Source: Eledone cirrhosa (taxonomy: Eukaryota). From it: a stretch of DNA of 64,000 nt. Under the pieces are notes generated by a model. That model ran no database searches and was not told the DNA's origin. It saw only the letters and a program-made list of their open reading frames with translations. Below are positions 12,788 through 24,202 of this stretch, in pieces. A program made the translations under genes and the position numbers. The stretch covers positions 229,586,001-229,650,000 of the forward strand of contig OZ024740.1 of assembly GCA_964016885.1 (NCBI GenBank), in the 5' to 3' direction. Position 1 is the first letter of the stretch. Every line of letters begins with the position of its first letter.

Positions 12788-13333
12788 CTTTGAGTCTCAG
12801 TCATTGATGTTATTGGCAGTATCGGTAGAGTGTCGGACGCCATGCTTTCTAGCATAGTTGGTACTTTTACGATCTGAGTTCAAATCCCGCCGAGGTTGAC
12901 TTTGCCTTTCATCCTAACGGGGTCGATAAAATAAAGTACCAGTAATGCACTGGATAATTGCTGGCCTTGTGCCTAAAGTAGAAACAATTATTATTCTTTG
13001 AGTCTCAGTCATTGATGTTATTTAATTGGAAAGTTTGTTGAAATGAATATCAAGCCGCTACCTGCAGCCTCAGATATTCAGGGTTCTTGCTGTTACCAGC
13101 AAGCGTGACTTTTGAAGTGTTCCAAAATGCGGGGCTGGACTAATCTTCTTTAACCATCCTTGGAAACTCTTTGAGATAGTACCTCGTGCGGGACGACCTT
13201 GATTTCATGGCAGTTCCAAATCCTTTTTAACTCCCACTTTAAATCCTGGTATCGGTTAATTTTCTCCCTCTCCTTTTCTTGCACTCTCGTATCAAATGGG
13301 CAGTCTACATCTACAATCAGGCACGATATTTTT
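12788..13333 (-). mobile_element. 3' end of an R4/Dong-like RLE non-LTR retrotransposon, 5'-truncated, interrupted by a SINE
   Basis: My translation of the minus strand 13330-13080: CLIVDVDCPFDTRVQEKEREKINRYQDLKWELKRIWNCHEIKVVP...LQKSRLLVTARTL; flanked on both sides by (TAA)n. Confidence 0.8.
12815..12990 (+). mobile_element. tRNA-derived SINE (Meta/MESC-like central domain) with about 36-bp target-site duplication
   Basis: A-box TGGCAGTATCGG, B-box GAGTTCAAATCC, core GCCTTTCATCCT..GGGGTCGATAAAATAAAGTACCAG; ATTATTATTCTTTGAGTCTCAGTCATTGATGTTATT on both sides. Confidence 0.9.
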
Positions 13334-13348
13334 ATTATTATTATTATT

Positions 13349-14622
13349 GGCTGTCAGACAGTGAAGAAGTGTTTTTTGTAAGCTCCACAAGGTAGTGAAT
13401 ATCAAGATTTTTTCAATTGTATTAGTGGCTATAGTTTTTGCAAAATAGTCGTAAGACTTCCGTCTTTGCCCTATGAAGAGGAGACGCTATAATATTTTTC
13501 GCATTTTGGCCCAAATATTTGAACTTTGTGTATAAAAAAAGAATTATCGAAAAACCAGAAGAAAAAGAACAAGGCTGACCCCCCCCCCCCCAACTGTAAG
13601 TCTGCCGTCGTATGACAGCGGCTTAAATGTTGAGAGGGGGGATACGGCGAACACAAAAGATTATACCACAAACAACATGAACAACGACAGCAACAACAGC
13701 ATCAGTGACAACACTAACCTGAAAAAAATGACAACACCAACCACATCAGTAACAGCGACAACCTAAAGACAGACAACAGAAATAATTGTTTCTACTTTAG
13801 GCACAAGGCCAGCAATTACCCACTACATTACTGGTACTTTATTTTATCGACCCCGTAAGGATGAAAGGCAAAGTCAACCTCGGCGGAATTTGAACTCAGA
13901 TGATAAAGGGACAAAACTATGCTAGAAAGCATGGCGTCTGACCCTCTACTGATACTGCCAATTCACCAGAAATAATGGTTTCTTATATAGGCGCAAGGCC
14001 AGTAATTTGGGGGAGGGGAAATCGATTAAATCGACTCCAGTGCGTGACTGGTACTTTATTTTATCGACCCTATAAGGATGAAAGGCAAAGTTAACCTCGG
14101 CGGAATTTGAGCTCAGATCATAAAGAGCCGAAACTCTATGTTGCAAAGCATGGCGTCCGACCCTCTACCGATACTGCCAATCCACCAGAAATAATTGTTT
14201 CTACTTTTGGCACAAGGCCAGCAATTATCCCAGTACATTACTGGTACTTTATTTTATCGACCCCGTAAGGATGAAAGGCAAAGTTAACCTCGGCGGGATT
14301 TGAACACAGATCATAAAGGGAGGTAACACTATGCTTCAAAGCATGGCATCCGATCCTCTACCGATACTGCCAATCCACCAGAAATAATGACAACAAAAAC
14401 CACGAAATTAACACCACAAACAAAAACATGAACAGCGACAACACCAACAGCAACAAAACCAACTGCACCGAACACAACAACAGCGGCACCATATATATAT
14501 AAGAAATTGCAAAAGCAACAACACCAACAAGAGCACCGACAACAACAACGACAATACTAACAGCACCACCTACAACAACAAAACCATTACCAACAACAAG
14601 AACACTTTCGCTGCGGCAGCAG
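13349..14622 (+). mobile_element. 5' portion of a third Tx1 copy, interrupted by three SINEs
   Basis: Begins after (ATT)5; 14385-14622 is homologous to 7440-7640 of copy 2 (ends AACAACAAGAACACTTTCGCTGCGGCAGCAG in both). Confidence 0.72.
13778..14388 (-). mobile_element. Tandem trimer of the Meta-like tRNA SINE
   Basis: Three units (about 13781-13966, 13972-14186, 14191-14378) each bounded by CAGAAATAAT. Confidence 0.9.
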
Positions 14623-14644
14623 TATCTCCGGGTATAATTAAACA

Positions 14645-14758
14645 ATTATCCCGTCGAGGTTAACTTTGCCTTTCATCCTTCCGGGGTCGATAGAATAAAG
14701 TACCAGTAATGCACTGAGTGATTGCTGACCTTGTGCCTAAAGTAGAAACAATTATTAT
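14645..14758 (+). mobile_element. 5'-truncated Meta-like SINE
   Basis: Core plus tail CCTTGTGCCTAAAGTAGAAACAATTATTATT. Confidence 0.85.
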
Positions 14759-14824
14759 TGTTTAGATACGATTGTCAACAAACAAGAACATATTAGATAT
14801 CAGAACATATTAAGTAACTCGCAC

Positions 14825-15390
<566 letters not shown>

Positions 15391-15399
15391 AACAAACAT

Positions 15400-16010
15400 A
15401 AATTATCGAGATTCGCATTTCGGCCCACGACATAACGGAAAACAACCTCCGAGATGTGCGGCAAGTGCTCAATGATTCAGATGAACCAGAGCTATAACAA
15501 ACGTTAAAGGCCAAACACACTGCGACGATGGTTAAACAATCATTCGCATAGCCAAAAAAAACCATCAAGTAATTCGGGTATTGAAAATTTACCCGGACTC
15601 CTGGAAGGTTGGTAAAATCCAGTATTTGGGTTTCTGCGGCTCCTAAATCAAGTACCGTCCACTTACATAAATAATTGTTTCTACTTTTTGGCACAAGGTC
15701 AGCAATTACCCAGTGCATTACTGGTACTTTATTTTATCGACCCCGGAAGGATGAAAGGCAAAGTTAACCTCGGCGGGATTTGAACTCAGAATGGCAAAGA
15801 CCGTAACTCTATGCGTCAAAGCATGGCGTCCGACCCTCTACCGATACTGCCAATCCATCGATAAATAATGTCAGGCTTCTGGTAAGATGATTGAACAAGG
15901 AAGCCACTTTCTCAACAGGTTTTAGTTCAATGATAATACAAGGACTGACTAGTGCTGACCCCACGTGGGGATCGAAAAGGGAGGCAACCCCTATATCAGG
16001 CGAATGAATT
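15400..16010 (+). repeat. Unclassified dispersed repeat (other copy 58880-59350, minus), carrying a SINE
   Basis: Shared blocks such as GGTAAAATCCAGTATTTGGGTTTCTGCGGCTCC and CTGACCCCACGTGG. Confidence 0.78.
15668..15860 (-). mobile_element. Meta-like SINE with ATAAATAAT target-site duplication
   Basis: Full SINE antisense; ATAAATAAT at about 15667 and 15861. Confidence 0.9.
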
Positions 16011-16403
16011 CAGTTGTGAAGATCCCATTAAGGGTGAAAGCAGCGATTCTTTGCTTGAACTTTAATCTGTTATTTTAATAAATATTTGCTCTACGGTTCT
16101 TATATATTTGATATATATTTATCGTTATCGAGCCCTCTTTGGATTTTAGTCTTCAAATTTATTATTATTACTGTATATATATATTTATATATATGCATAT
16201 ATATATATATATATTAAAAGCAGGCTAGTTCACCATCATGCGTAATTATGAAAAATAAAACGCACATGTGGAAAGACAGGGCTGGTGACGTCAGAATGAG
16301 ACGAATGTTTGTTTACAAGAAACAACAGTCAAAAACATTCCGGAAAAAAAACTCTACAATAAGGAGTTCAGCAAAAAGCAATATTATTGCGATTTTTTTA
16401 TGC

Positions 16404-16449
<46 letters not shown>

Positions 16450-16464
<15 letters not shown>

Positions 16465-17684
16465 TGAGGTTGTCTGTCTGTCTATCGATTTTTGGCACAC
16501 ATCTCCTCTTAGAATCTCTCACGGAATTGCACCGAAATTGCTATACTTGTACATTGAGCCCTAGCGAAGACATCGGAAAAAAAATATTTCAAATTGACCC
16601 GCCCTATCTGACGAAATCGAATATAATGTATCGATTTTTGAGCGTAAGTGATGAGTTATTTCCCTTTGTTCTGTTTACATTCAGCGTAGCGTCTTACGTT
16701 CTCTTTACATTTTCTGCGTGCAAAAATTAAAAAAATGATTTCCCTTTGTTCTGTTTACATTCAGCGTAGCGTCTTACGTTCTGTTTACATTTTCTGCGTG
16801 CAAAAATTAAAAAAATTACGCTGGCAAAAATTTAAAAAATTACGCTGGCTTTCTCAGCGTTTAAAATGACATTAACACAATACACGAACAGTTGTCGAGC
16901 CAGCAAAATTTTGACCTGCAAAATTCATCAGTTCGAACACTAAGCTTCCGTTTTGCTTCATTTCCATTTAAAAGCCATTTAAAACAATATTTTTACTTGA
17001 AAACAAGTCTATTTAAAGACTACGTAAAACAAGCAAATATTTCGTAAAAAAAAGCAAAAATTATATAAGTTTATTTAAAATATATGTATCTGTAAATTTC
17101 GTTAGGCGTGCAGACAGACAGTCGTGCAGAGAGGTGATATAGGCGTGCAGACAGACAGTCGTGCAGAGAGGTGATATAGGCGTGCAGACAGACAGTCGTG
17201 CAGAGAGGTGATATAGGCGTGCAGACAGACAGTCGTGCAGAGAGGTGATATAGGCGTGCAGACAGACAGTCGTGCAAAGAGGTGATATAGGCGTGCAGAC
17301 AGACAGTCGTGCAGAGAGGTGATATAGGCGTGCAGACAGACAGTCGTGCAGAGAGGTGATATAGGCGTGCAGACAGACATAACTGATAATTTGGTTACGC
17401 TAATGTTTTTCTCTGCGTTGCAGTGTTTACATTTTCGATCTTTGTTAATAAATAACCAGTGCAGTTTCTATCCCCAGCATCCTCTTTTGTTATAACATTG
17501 GGGTTATCGTTATGTTTTCTTAACTTCATAAGGCATATTGTTGGTTGAGGGAATATTAATCAAAAACACCACATGCAAGTCTGCACAGTAGACACTACAG
17601 TTTTTAAGCCAAAAAAGAAACTTAACATTGTAACTTTAACACAGCTACTGAGCGACCCCGAGCAACGCCGGGCTTTACAGCTAG
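16450..17684 (+). mobile_element. Non-autonomous Helitron
   Basis: 5' end (TA)nAAAA..GTCTGTCTGTC; 3' hairpin CCCG-AGCAACGC-CGGG followed 8 nt later by CTAG|T; internal 80-bp duplication and 37-bp array. Confidence 0.78.
17103..17378. repeat. 37-bp minisatellite, about 7.5 copies
   Basis: Unit TAGGCGTGCAGACAGACAGTCGTGCAGAGAGGTGATA, nearly invariant. Confidence 0.95.
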
Positions 17685-17702
17685 TAATATATAAATGTAT
17701 AT

Positions 17703-18603
17703 ATATATTTATCGATTAATATCTAATATCTATCAATCAGCCAAGGTTTGTATTTAACCTGCCTATATTTTTCTTCGTTGTATTATTAAGGTGGCAACAT
17801 GCCTCTGGTCACATTTTTTATTGTGTCACAATTACCTAACTTATGTTGATTACTCAGAGGATTAATTTATTGATGACTCTCTCATTGAGTGCTTTGTGAC
17901 AGCCTGTGAAAATCGCATGCGAATCTGCTACTCGCAGCTGCGACTCGCAGCTGCGACTTCGGTTATACTCATTATTATTATTATTTTCTCCTAGCCCTAT
18001 AATTAATTAATTAATTAATTAAATTGTTAATTTATTGTTTAATTGTTTGTTTGGAAATCTAGTTGAGAGCTTACTTCGAGACTGTGAATAAATTCCTTTG
18101 TTCACACTTTTGAATGTACCCACCAAAACCCGGATGTGACCTTTTTTTTAGAAAGAACGCGTGACCTCACTGCCAAATTTACAATTTCAGTCGAAAGGCA
18201 ATGTTGTCTCACAACCCGTGGAAAATGGATACTGGAACGAAAGACCTGTTGACGAATGGAAATCTCCGTTCCTTCTTAGGATACATTACTGACTAGCATA
18301 TACATTACGCAACTTGGAGTGTAACTTCCGGATTCCCAGAAACCCATCGTAGATATTTATCGATTAATATCTAATATCTATCGACCAGGTCCAGGTCTGT
18401 CTTTAACCTGTCTGTATTTTTCGTTGTTGTAGTATTAAGGTGGCAACATGCCTCTAATCGCATTTTCATTGTGTCACTATTACCTAACTTATTGAGGAGT
18501 AATTTATTGATGACTCTCTCATTGAGTTCTTTGTAACACCTTTGAAAATCGGATGCGAATCTGCTACTCGCAGCTGCAACTTCGGTTATTTTCATTATTA
18601 TTA
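17703..18603. repeat. Diverged direct repeat pair (17703-17985 and 18353-18603)
   Basis: Both start ATATTTATCGATTAATATCTAATATCTATC and end CTTCGGTTAT..TCATTATTATT. Confidence 0.85.
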
Positions 18604-18684
18604 TAAGAAACCATTATTATTATAATATATATATAAATATATAAATATATACCATCTATATTTATACACACACACACACACACG

Positions 18685-18764
<80 letters not shown>

Positions 18765-19090
18765 GGAAAGTGAAAGAGTAAAGAGAAATAGATAGAGCGA
18801 GAGTGAGATAGAAATAGGAAACAAATATCTTCAAATGAGAAACTTGAACCTTTTACTGCGATAGTTGTGATTAATGGTGATTTAGGTTTAAATTTCTCTG
18901 GCAAAAATACTAACAGATTCCATTTCCTTTAAACAGCGTTACCTGCTCCGCCATTGCTGTCGAGAATTATCGATGCGTTTCTTCTTCCGTTTTCTGCCTC
19001 TATATTCACAGTATTTCCCATGCACCTGCCAACACGCATGCTGAAAGACAAGCATCATATATGATCGTAGGTAAACATACACCACCAATC

Positions 19091-19225
<135 letters not shown>

Positions 19226-19301
19226 GCACTCATTCATATCTATCTATGTGTATCTGTGTCTGTCTATATATATATATATATGTATATATATACATATATA
19301 C

Positions 19302-19364
<63 letters not shown>

Positions 19365-19677
19365 AATATATATATATATATATATATAAACACACATATA
19401 TATTATACACACTCACACACACACATATATATGTATGTAAGTATGTATGTATGTATGTATGTATGTATGTGTGTGTGCGTGTGTAGATACGTAGATATGT
19501 AGATATATTTATATAATTATCATTGCATTCATATTACATTCTGTTGCTGCTATAATAAAAAAGAGCATTTTACTCTACTTTGCTATTGAGACATTTTCCT
19601 TTAGTCTGTAAATTCACACATTTGTATGTATGTATGTATGTATGTATGTATGTATGTATGTATGTATGTATGTATGT

Positions 19678-19916
19678 TTTTTCTCTTTCTCTTAATTTTG
19701 AGTATATTTTTTTGACCGGCCACCTTCCTGGTGGCAAGGTTGTAAAAGAAAAGAAATTGTCATCCCTTGAATCGCAAGAATGTTTTGCATATTTTGAAGG
19801 TACCAGCTATCGCAGCCATCTGCAGACTATGAATTAGGGAGCTGCGCTTTTTGTCCGCAAATCCAAGTTCAGTCATACTTTGGTCCAAGCGGGTTGGTAT
19901 ATAACCCGTAGCACCA

Positions 19917-19918
<2 letters not shown>
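19678..19918 (-). mobile_element. 3' end of an RLE-type non-LTR retrotransposon embedded in (TATG)n, copy A
   Basis: Minus strand reads IGATGYIPTRLDQSMTELGF...LQMAAIAGTFKICKTFLRFKG*; about 85-nt 3' UTR; (TATG)n on both sides. Confidence 0.78.
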
Positions 19919-19947
<29 letters not shown>

Positions 19948-20089
19948 TGTATGTATGTATGTATGTTAGTATGTACGTATGTATGTATTTATGTATGTCA
20001 GTATGTGTGTATTTATATATGTATGTATGTGTGTGTCTCTGTGTGTGTGTATGTATTTACTTATGCATGTATCCATGTATACTTAATAG

Positions 20090-20243
20090 TAATAATTGTT
20101 TCTACTTTTGGCACAAGGCCAGCAATTACCCAGTGTATTACTGGTACTTTATTTCATCGACCCTATGAGGATGAAAGGCAAAGTTAACCTTGGCGGGCTT
20201 TGAACTCAGAATGGCAAGGGACGTAACTCTATGCGTCGAAGCA
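20090..20243 (-). mobile_element. Meta-like SINE, 5'-truncated
   Basis: Same core and tail as 12815 copy. Confidence 0.88.
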
Positions 20244-20251
20244 TTGGTCAG

Positions 20252-20885
20252 AAAGACCGAACGTAGAGGACAATACAAAGACGGGGACAGTGGGGTTTTA
20301 TAATAATATCGAGTACAAACAAATTAACAAAAATAATTAACAATAAAATATAACAATAAATTCACCAATATGGGGGTGGGGTGAACCACTTAGGGGCGAC
20401 TCAGGTACCCCACAAATCCTGAACCACCTGACACCCGAGAGCATCTGGGAAGAGCACCCTCTCCTCCTCAATTTAACCAGCCTACAGACGCATGCTCATA
20501 GTAGGCTTATTCACACGGACCATTCTCGCCACATTCACCCACCTTTCAGCAAATATACTGGGGGCAGCATTTCTCTTTCCACCCTCACCTTCCTTTCCAA
20601 GTGAAACTTGAAAAACTTTATGAGGGATTGACCGAAGAGAAAAATGTCTGTCTTCAGTGCTTTCAGTCTGATCCACCATACAACCTCTTTTGCTACTGCC
20701 ACCAGATGGATTCAGTCGATAGCCGGATCCGTCTCAGACGCGACAACAGCTGCTGGACATAACTCCTCATGTCAGTAATGCACGGACACAGGACGGGTGC
20801 ATGCAGAACGGTTTCGTCGATCTGCGCGCGTCTCGGGCAGGTCCGTCTAACAACACTTCCGTGCCTGTAGAGTTTACCTCGAACA
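20252..20885 (-). mobile_element. Tx1 3' fragment (copy-2 subfamily)
   Basis: Reverse complement of about 12065-12760; FAERWVNVARMVRVNKPTMSMRL*. Confidence 0.88.
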
Positions 20886-21754
20886 ATGAAAGGCTGATGA
20901 CAATAGAATTAACTACTGTCGAACATGAAGTATTTGATATATATCTTATGTCGAAGAAAAGTGTTTTTTAATTGCAAAATATCAGCACACTCGCCCGTGA
21001 AACTGTACTAACTGCGTTCTTGAATCTAAATGCTTGACTAAGGATATCGTGTACCAGTGTTTAGTTACCACAAACAACTTTGACGCTTACTTCGGCATGG
21101 CCGCAAACCTATTTAAATGAAGATTATATTCGCACGCGCATTCCTTTAAGAATTTCACCAAACCATATAGCTTTATATATCTATTCGTTAAAGAAAATAT
21201 AACATCTCTGAAATGGAGTATACTTTCGAGACCTAAAACATATATAGTGGAGAAGGAATAGTAATCAGGCAGTGATTGCACAATGGAGGGCTACCGTATC
21301 TTTTTATCTTGAAACAAAAACTCTTCAGCAGAGCTGTTTTGTTAGATAATGGGTCGTAGGTGGCGGATAGCGATACGGCCACCAGATGGTTAATTGCGAT
21401 AGACGCGCGTGCCTGCACCTTCCGAACAAATAAGCAACGCCGGACTAACAACGATAAACTACTAGGAGATAGATCTATGGGTGACACTTCTCGCTCCCAA
21501 GAAAATTCTTACAGCCCAGTGATATATCTATGAGGCGAGTAAAGTCCGCCTCTAAATAAAGCCTAGTCTTCACGGGTTTGAGAAAAGTACCAGATTGGTG
21601 ACTGGCGCGAATAAAAACCCACAAAAACAACTGCAATATGGTGAGAGGTAACTAAAGTACCACTCAGAAAAATACTCCCAGTTGTATTCAGAGGAAATTT
21701 AAGTCATACAAATTTGTTTCCGGCTGACTAACTTCACACAACGACTAGCAATGC

Positions 21755-22070
21755 GGCTAGTTAGTGTGTATATACATAATTATACATTAGTGTGCATATA
21801 CATAATTATACATTAGTGTGTGCATATACACCTATATACGACTAGTTAGTGTGTATATACACCTATATACGACTAGTTAGTGTGTATATACATTTATATA
21901 CGACTAGTTAGTGTGTATATACATAATTATACATTAGTGTGCATATACATAATTATACATTAGTGTGTGTATATACACCTATATACGACTAGTTAGTGTG
22001 TATATACATCTATATACGACTAGTGAGTGTGTATATACATAATTACACAGTAGTGTGTATATACATAATT
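21755..22070. repeat. AT-rich minisatellite with alternating 26-30 bp units
   Basis: TAGTGTGTATATACACCTATATACGACTAGT and TAGTGTGCATATACATAATTATACAT recur. Confidence 0.85.
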
Positions 22071-22354
22071 GTTTCAGTGAATCCATTCAAAAAGGTTTCA
22101 CGTTTCACGTTTCATCTGTAAATAAATAGTTTTCCCCCTTTATCATAGGTAACAGTTGTGAATCCTCCAGCACAACCTCAGCATTTGTTTTCTTATCTGT
22201 GACTCCGTTAGCGTTGTTTTGCATTGTTACCAGTTTGATTTGGCTTCCATTTTAAACTGACTCCATTCACATTTCGTCTTTGCTTTTTGTAACATAACAT
22301 TCTGAAGAGTATAACGTAACACCGCGTGATCATTCTGTAAATGTTGATTTACGC

Positions 22355-22513
22355 TTGCGCACGCCCACACACACACACACACACACATACACCGCTGCAC
22401 ACTCACACTCACGCCCACACACACACACACGCCCCTGCACACTCACACACACACACCCACACACTCACACACACACACACACACATACACCGCTGCACAC
22501 TCACACTCACGCC

Positions 22514-22544
<31 letters not shown>

Positions 22545-22782
22545 CGCTGCACACTCACACTCACGCCCACACACACACACACGCCCCTGCACACTCACAC
22601 ACACACACCCACACACTCACACACACACACACACACATACACCGCTGCACACTCACACGCCCACACACACACACACACACACACATACACCGCTGCACAC
22701 TCACACTCACGCCCACACACACACACACGCCCCTGCACACTCACACACACACACCCACACACTCACACACACACACACACCC

Positions 22783-22824
<42 letters not shown>

Positions 22825-23280
22825 CGCTGCACACTCACACTCACGCCCACACACACACACACGCCCCTGCACACTCACACACACACACCCACACACTCAC
22901 ACACACACACACACCCCTGCACACACACACGCCCACACACACACACACACACACATACACCGCTGCACACTCACACTCACGCCCACACACACACACACGC
23001 CCCTGCACACTCACACACACACACCCACACACTCACACACACACACACACACATACACCGCTGCACACTCACACTCACGCCCACACACACACACACGCCC
23101 CTGCACACTCACACACACACACCCACACACTCACACACACCCACACACACACCCCTGCACACACACACACGCCCACACATACACACACATACACATACAC
23201 CCCTCTACACTCTCACACATACACACACACGTGCACAAATCCATACACACGTGCATATATACATATACATATACATATGT
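22355..23280. repeat. Compound (CA)n-derived minisatellite
   Basis: Recurrent CATACACCGCTGCACACTCACACTCACGCCC..GCCCCTGCACACTC blocks within (CA)n. Confidence 0.92.
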
Positions 23281-23284
23281 GCGT

Positions 23285-23548
23285 GGTCCACGTTGCTTAA
23301 TCATTACAGCATTGGATTCACAATCGTAAGGTTGTGAGTTCGATTCCCTGACTGGTCGATGTGTTGTGTCCTTGAACAAGACACTTTATTTCACGTTGCT
23401 CCAGTTTACTCAGCTGTAGAAATGAGCTATTACATAACTTGTGTCAACCTCTATCAGCCTTACACAAAACACCTTCCCCAGGCTTGTACTTCGAAGCGGG
23501 AAATTCTAGGTGCAAATCCATGGTCATTCGTGACCGAAGAGGGTCTTT
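23285..23548 (+). mobile_element. tRNA-derived CORE-like SINE (related partial copy 56535-56630)
   Basis: B-box GAGTTCGATTCC, then TGTGTCCTTGAACAAGACACTTTATTTCACGTTGCTCCAG. Confidence 0.75.
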
Positions 23549-23561
23549 ATCATATAAATAT

Positions 23562-23850
23562 ATACTTCGTTTTTAAATTTGTTTTGCAAGATTTCTTATT
23601 TGAAAACGTGTGTTGAAACATATTGTTATACTTTGAAAGAGTCATGCTGCCAATAAAAACACATGCACCTGTTGATTTTCACTTCAATCAATTTATTATA
23701 AATTTTCTGTTGGTCGGTTCAATAACCGGGTGGTTGTTTATATATTGTCAAAGCTCTTTCGTCACACATTCTGTGACCTCCTCAGTAATTGATTTGTTAT
23801 TTGTGTCTCTCCTTTGTTATGTCCTCCACCATATTGTTTTTGAGGTTGTG
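23562..23850 (+). repeat. Unclassified TA-array-associated repeat (copies 28600-28890, 55240-55550, rearranged piece 39537-39610)
   Basis: Shared TTTGTTT.GCAAGATT..GTGTGTTGAAAC..ATTGTTATACTTTGGGAGGGTCATG.TGCCAATAA. Confidence 0.85.
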
Positions 23851-23853
23851 TGC

Positions 23854-23887
<34 letters not shown>

Positions 23888-23957
23888 GGGGGGGGGGTGT
23901 TAGGTAATTCCGAAGGAAAAGCAAAGAAAAAGGCTAAATAATTATATATATATATAT

Positions 23958-24082
23958 ATAGGAACGAGTAGGACCCCGACGGCTGAGCTCAAACCGTTTC
24001 GACGGCTAATTCTGGACTCAGAGTCCAGAATTAGCCGTCGAAACGGCTTGAGCTCAGCCGTCGGGGTCCTACTCGTTCCTAT
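23958..24082. repeat. Near-perfect palindrome, 62-bp arms, 1-nt loop
   Basis: Centre GACTC-A-GAGTC at 24020, one mismatch; related sequence at 58431-58580. Confidence 0.95.
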
Positions 24083-24158
24083 TACCAACTCTACTACCCT
24101 AAGTATTGAGTACTTTGGTGCGTTATGGTCCACCTGGTTCCTTACCACATTTCCTTCG

Positions 24159-24202
<44 letters not shown>

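Noticed and set aside
12815-12895. tRNA gene (A and B boxes)
   Set aside because: No cloverleaf evident; continues into SINE core and tail; many dispersed copies
17103-17378. 37-bp repeats of CRISPR-like length
   Set aside because: Contiguous units with no spacers, no cas genes, eukaryotic context
22150-22340. Possible exon (also 25718-25791)
   Set aside because: Splice signals plausible but weak and peptides unrecognisable
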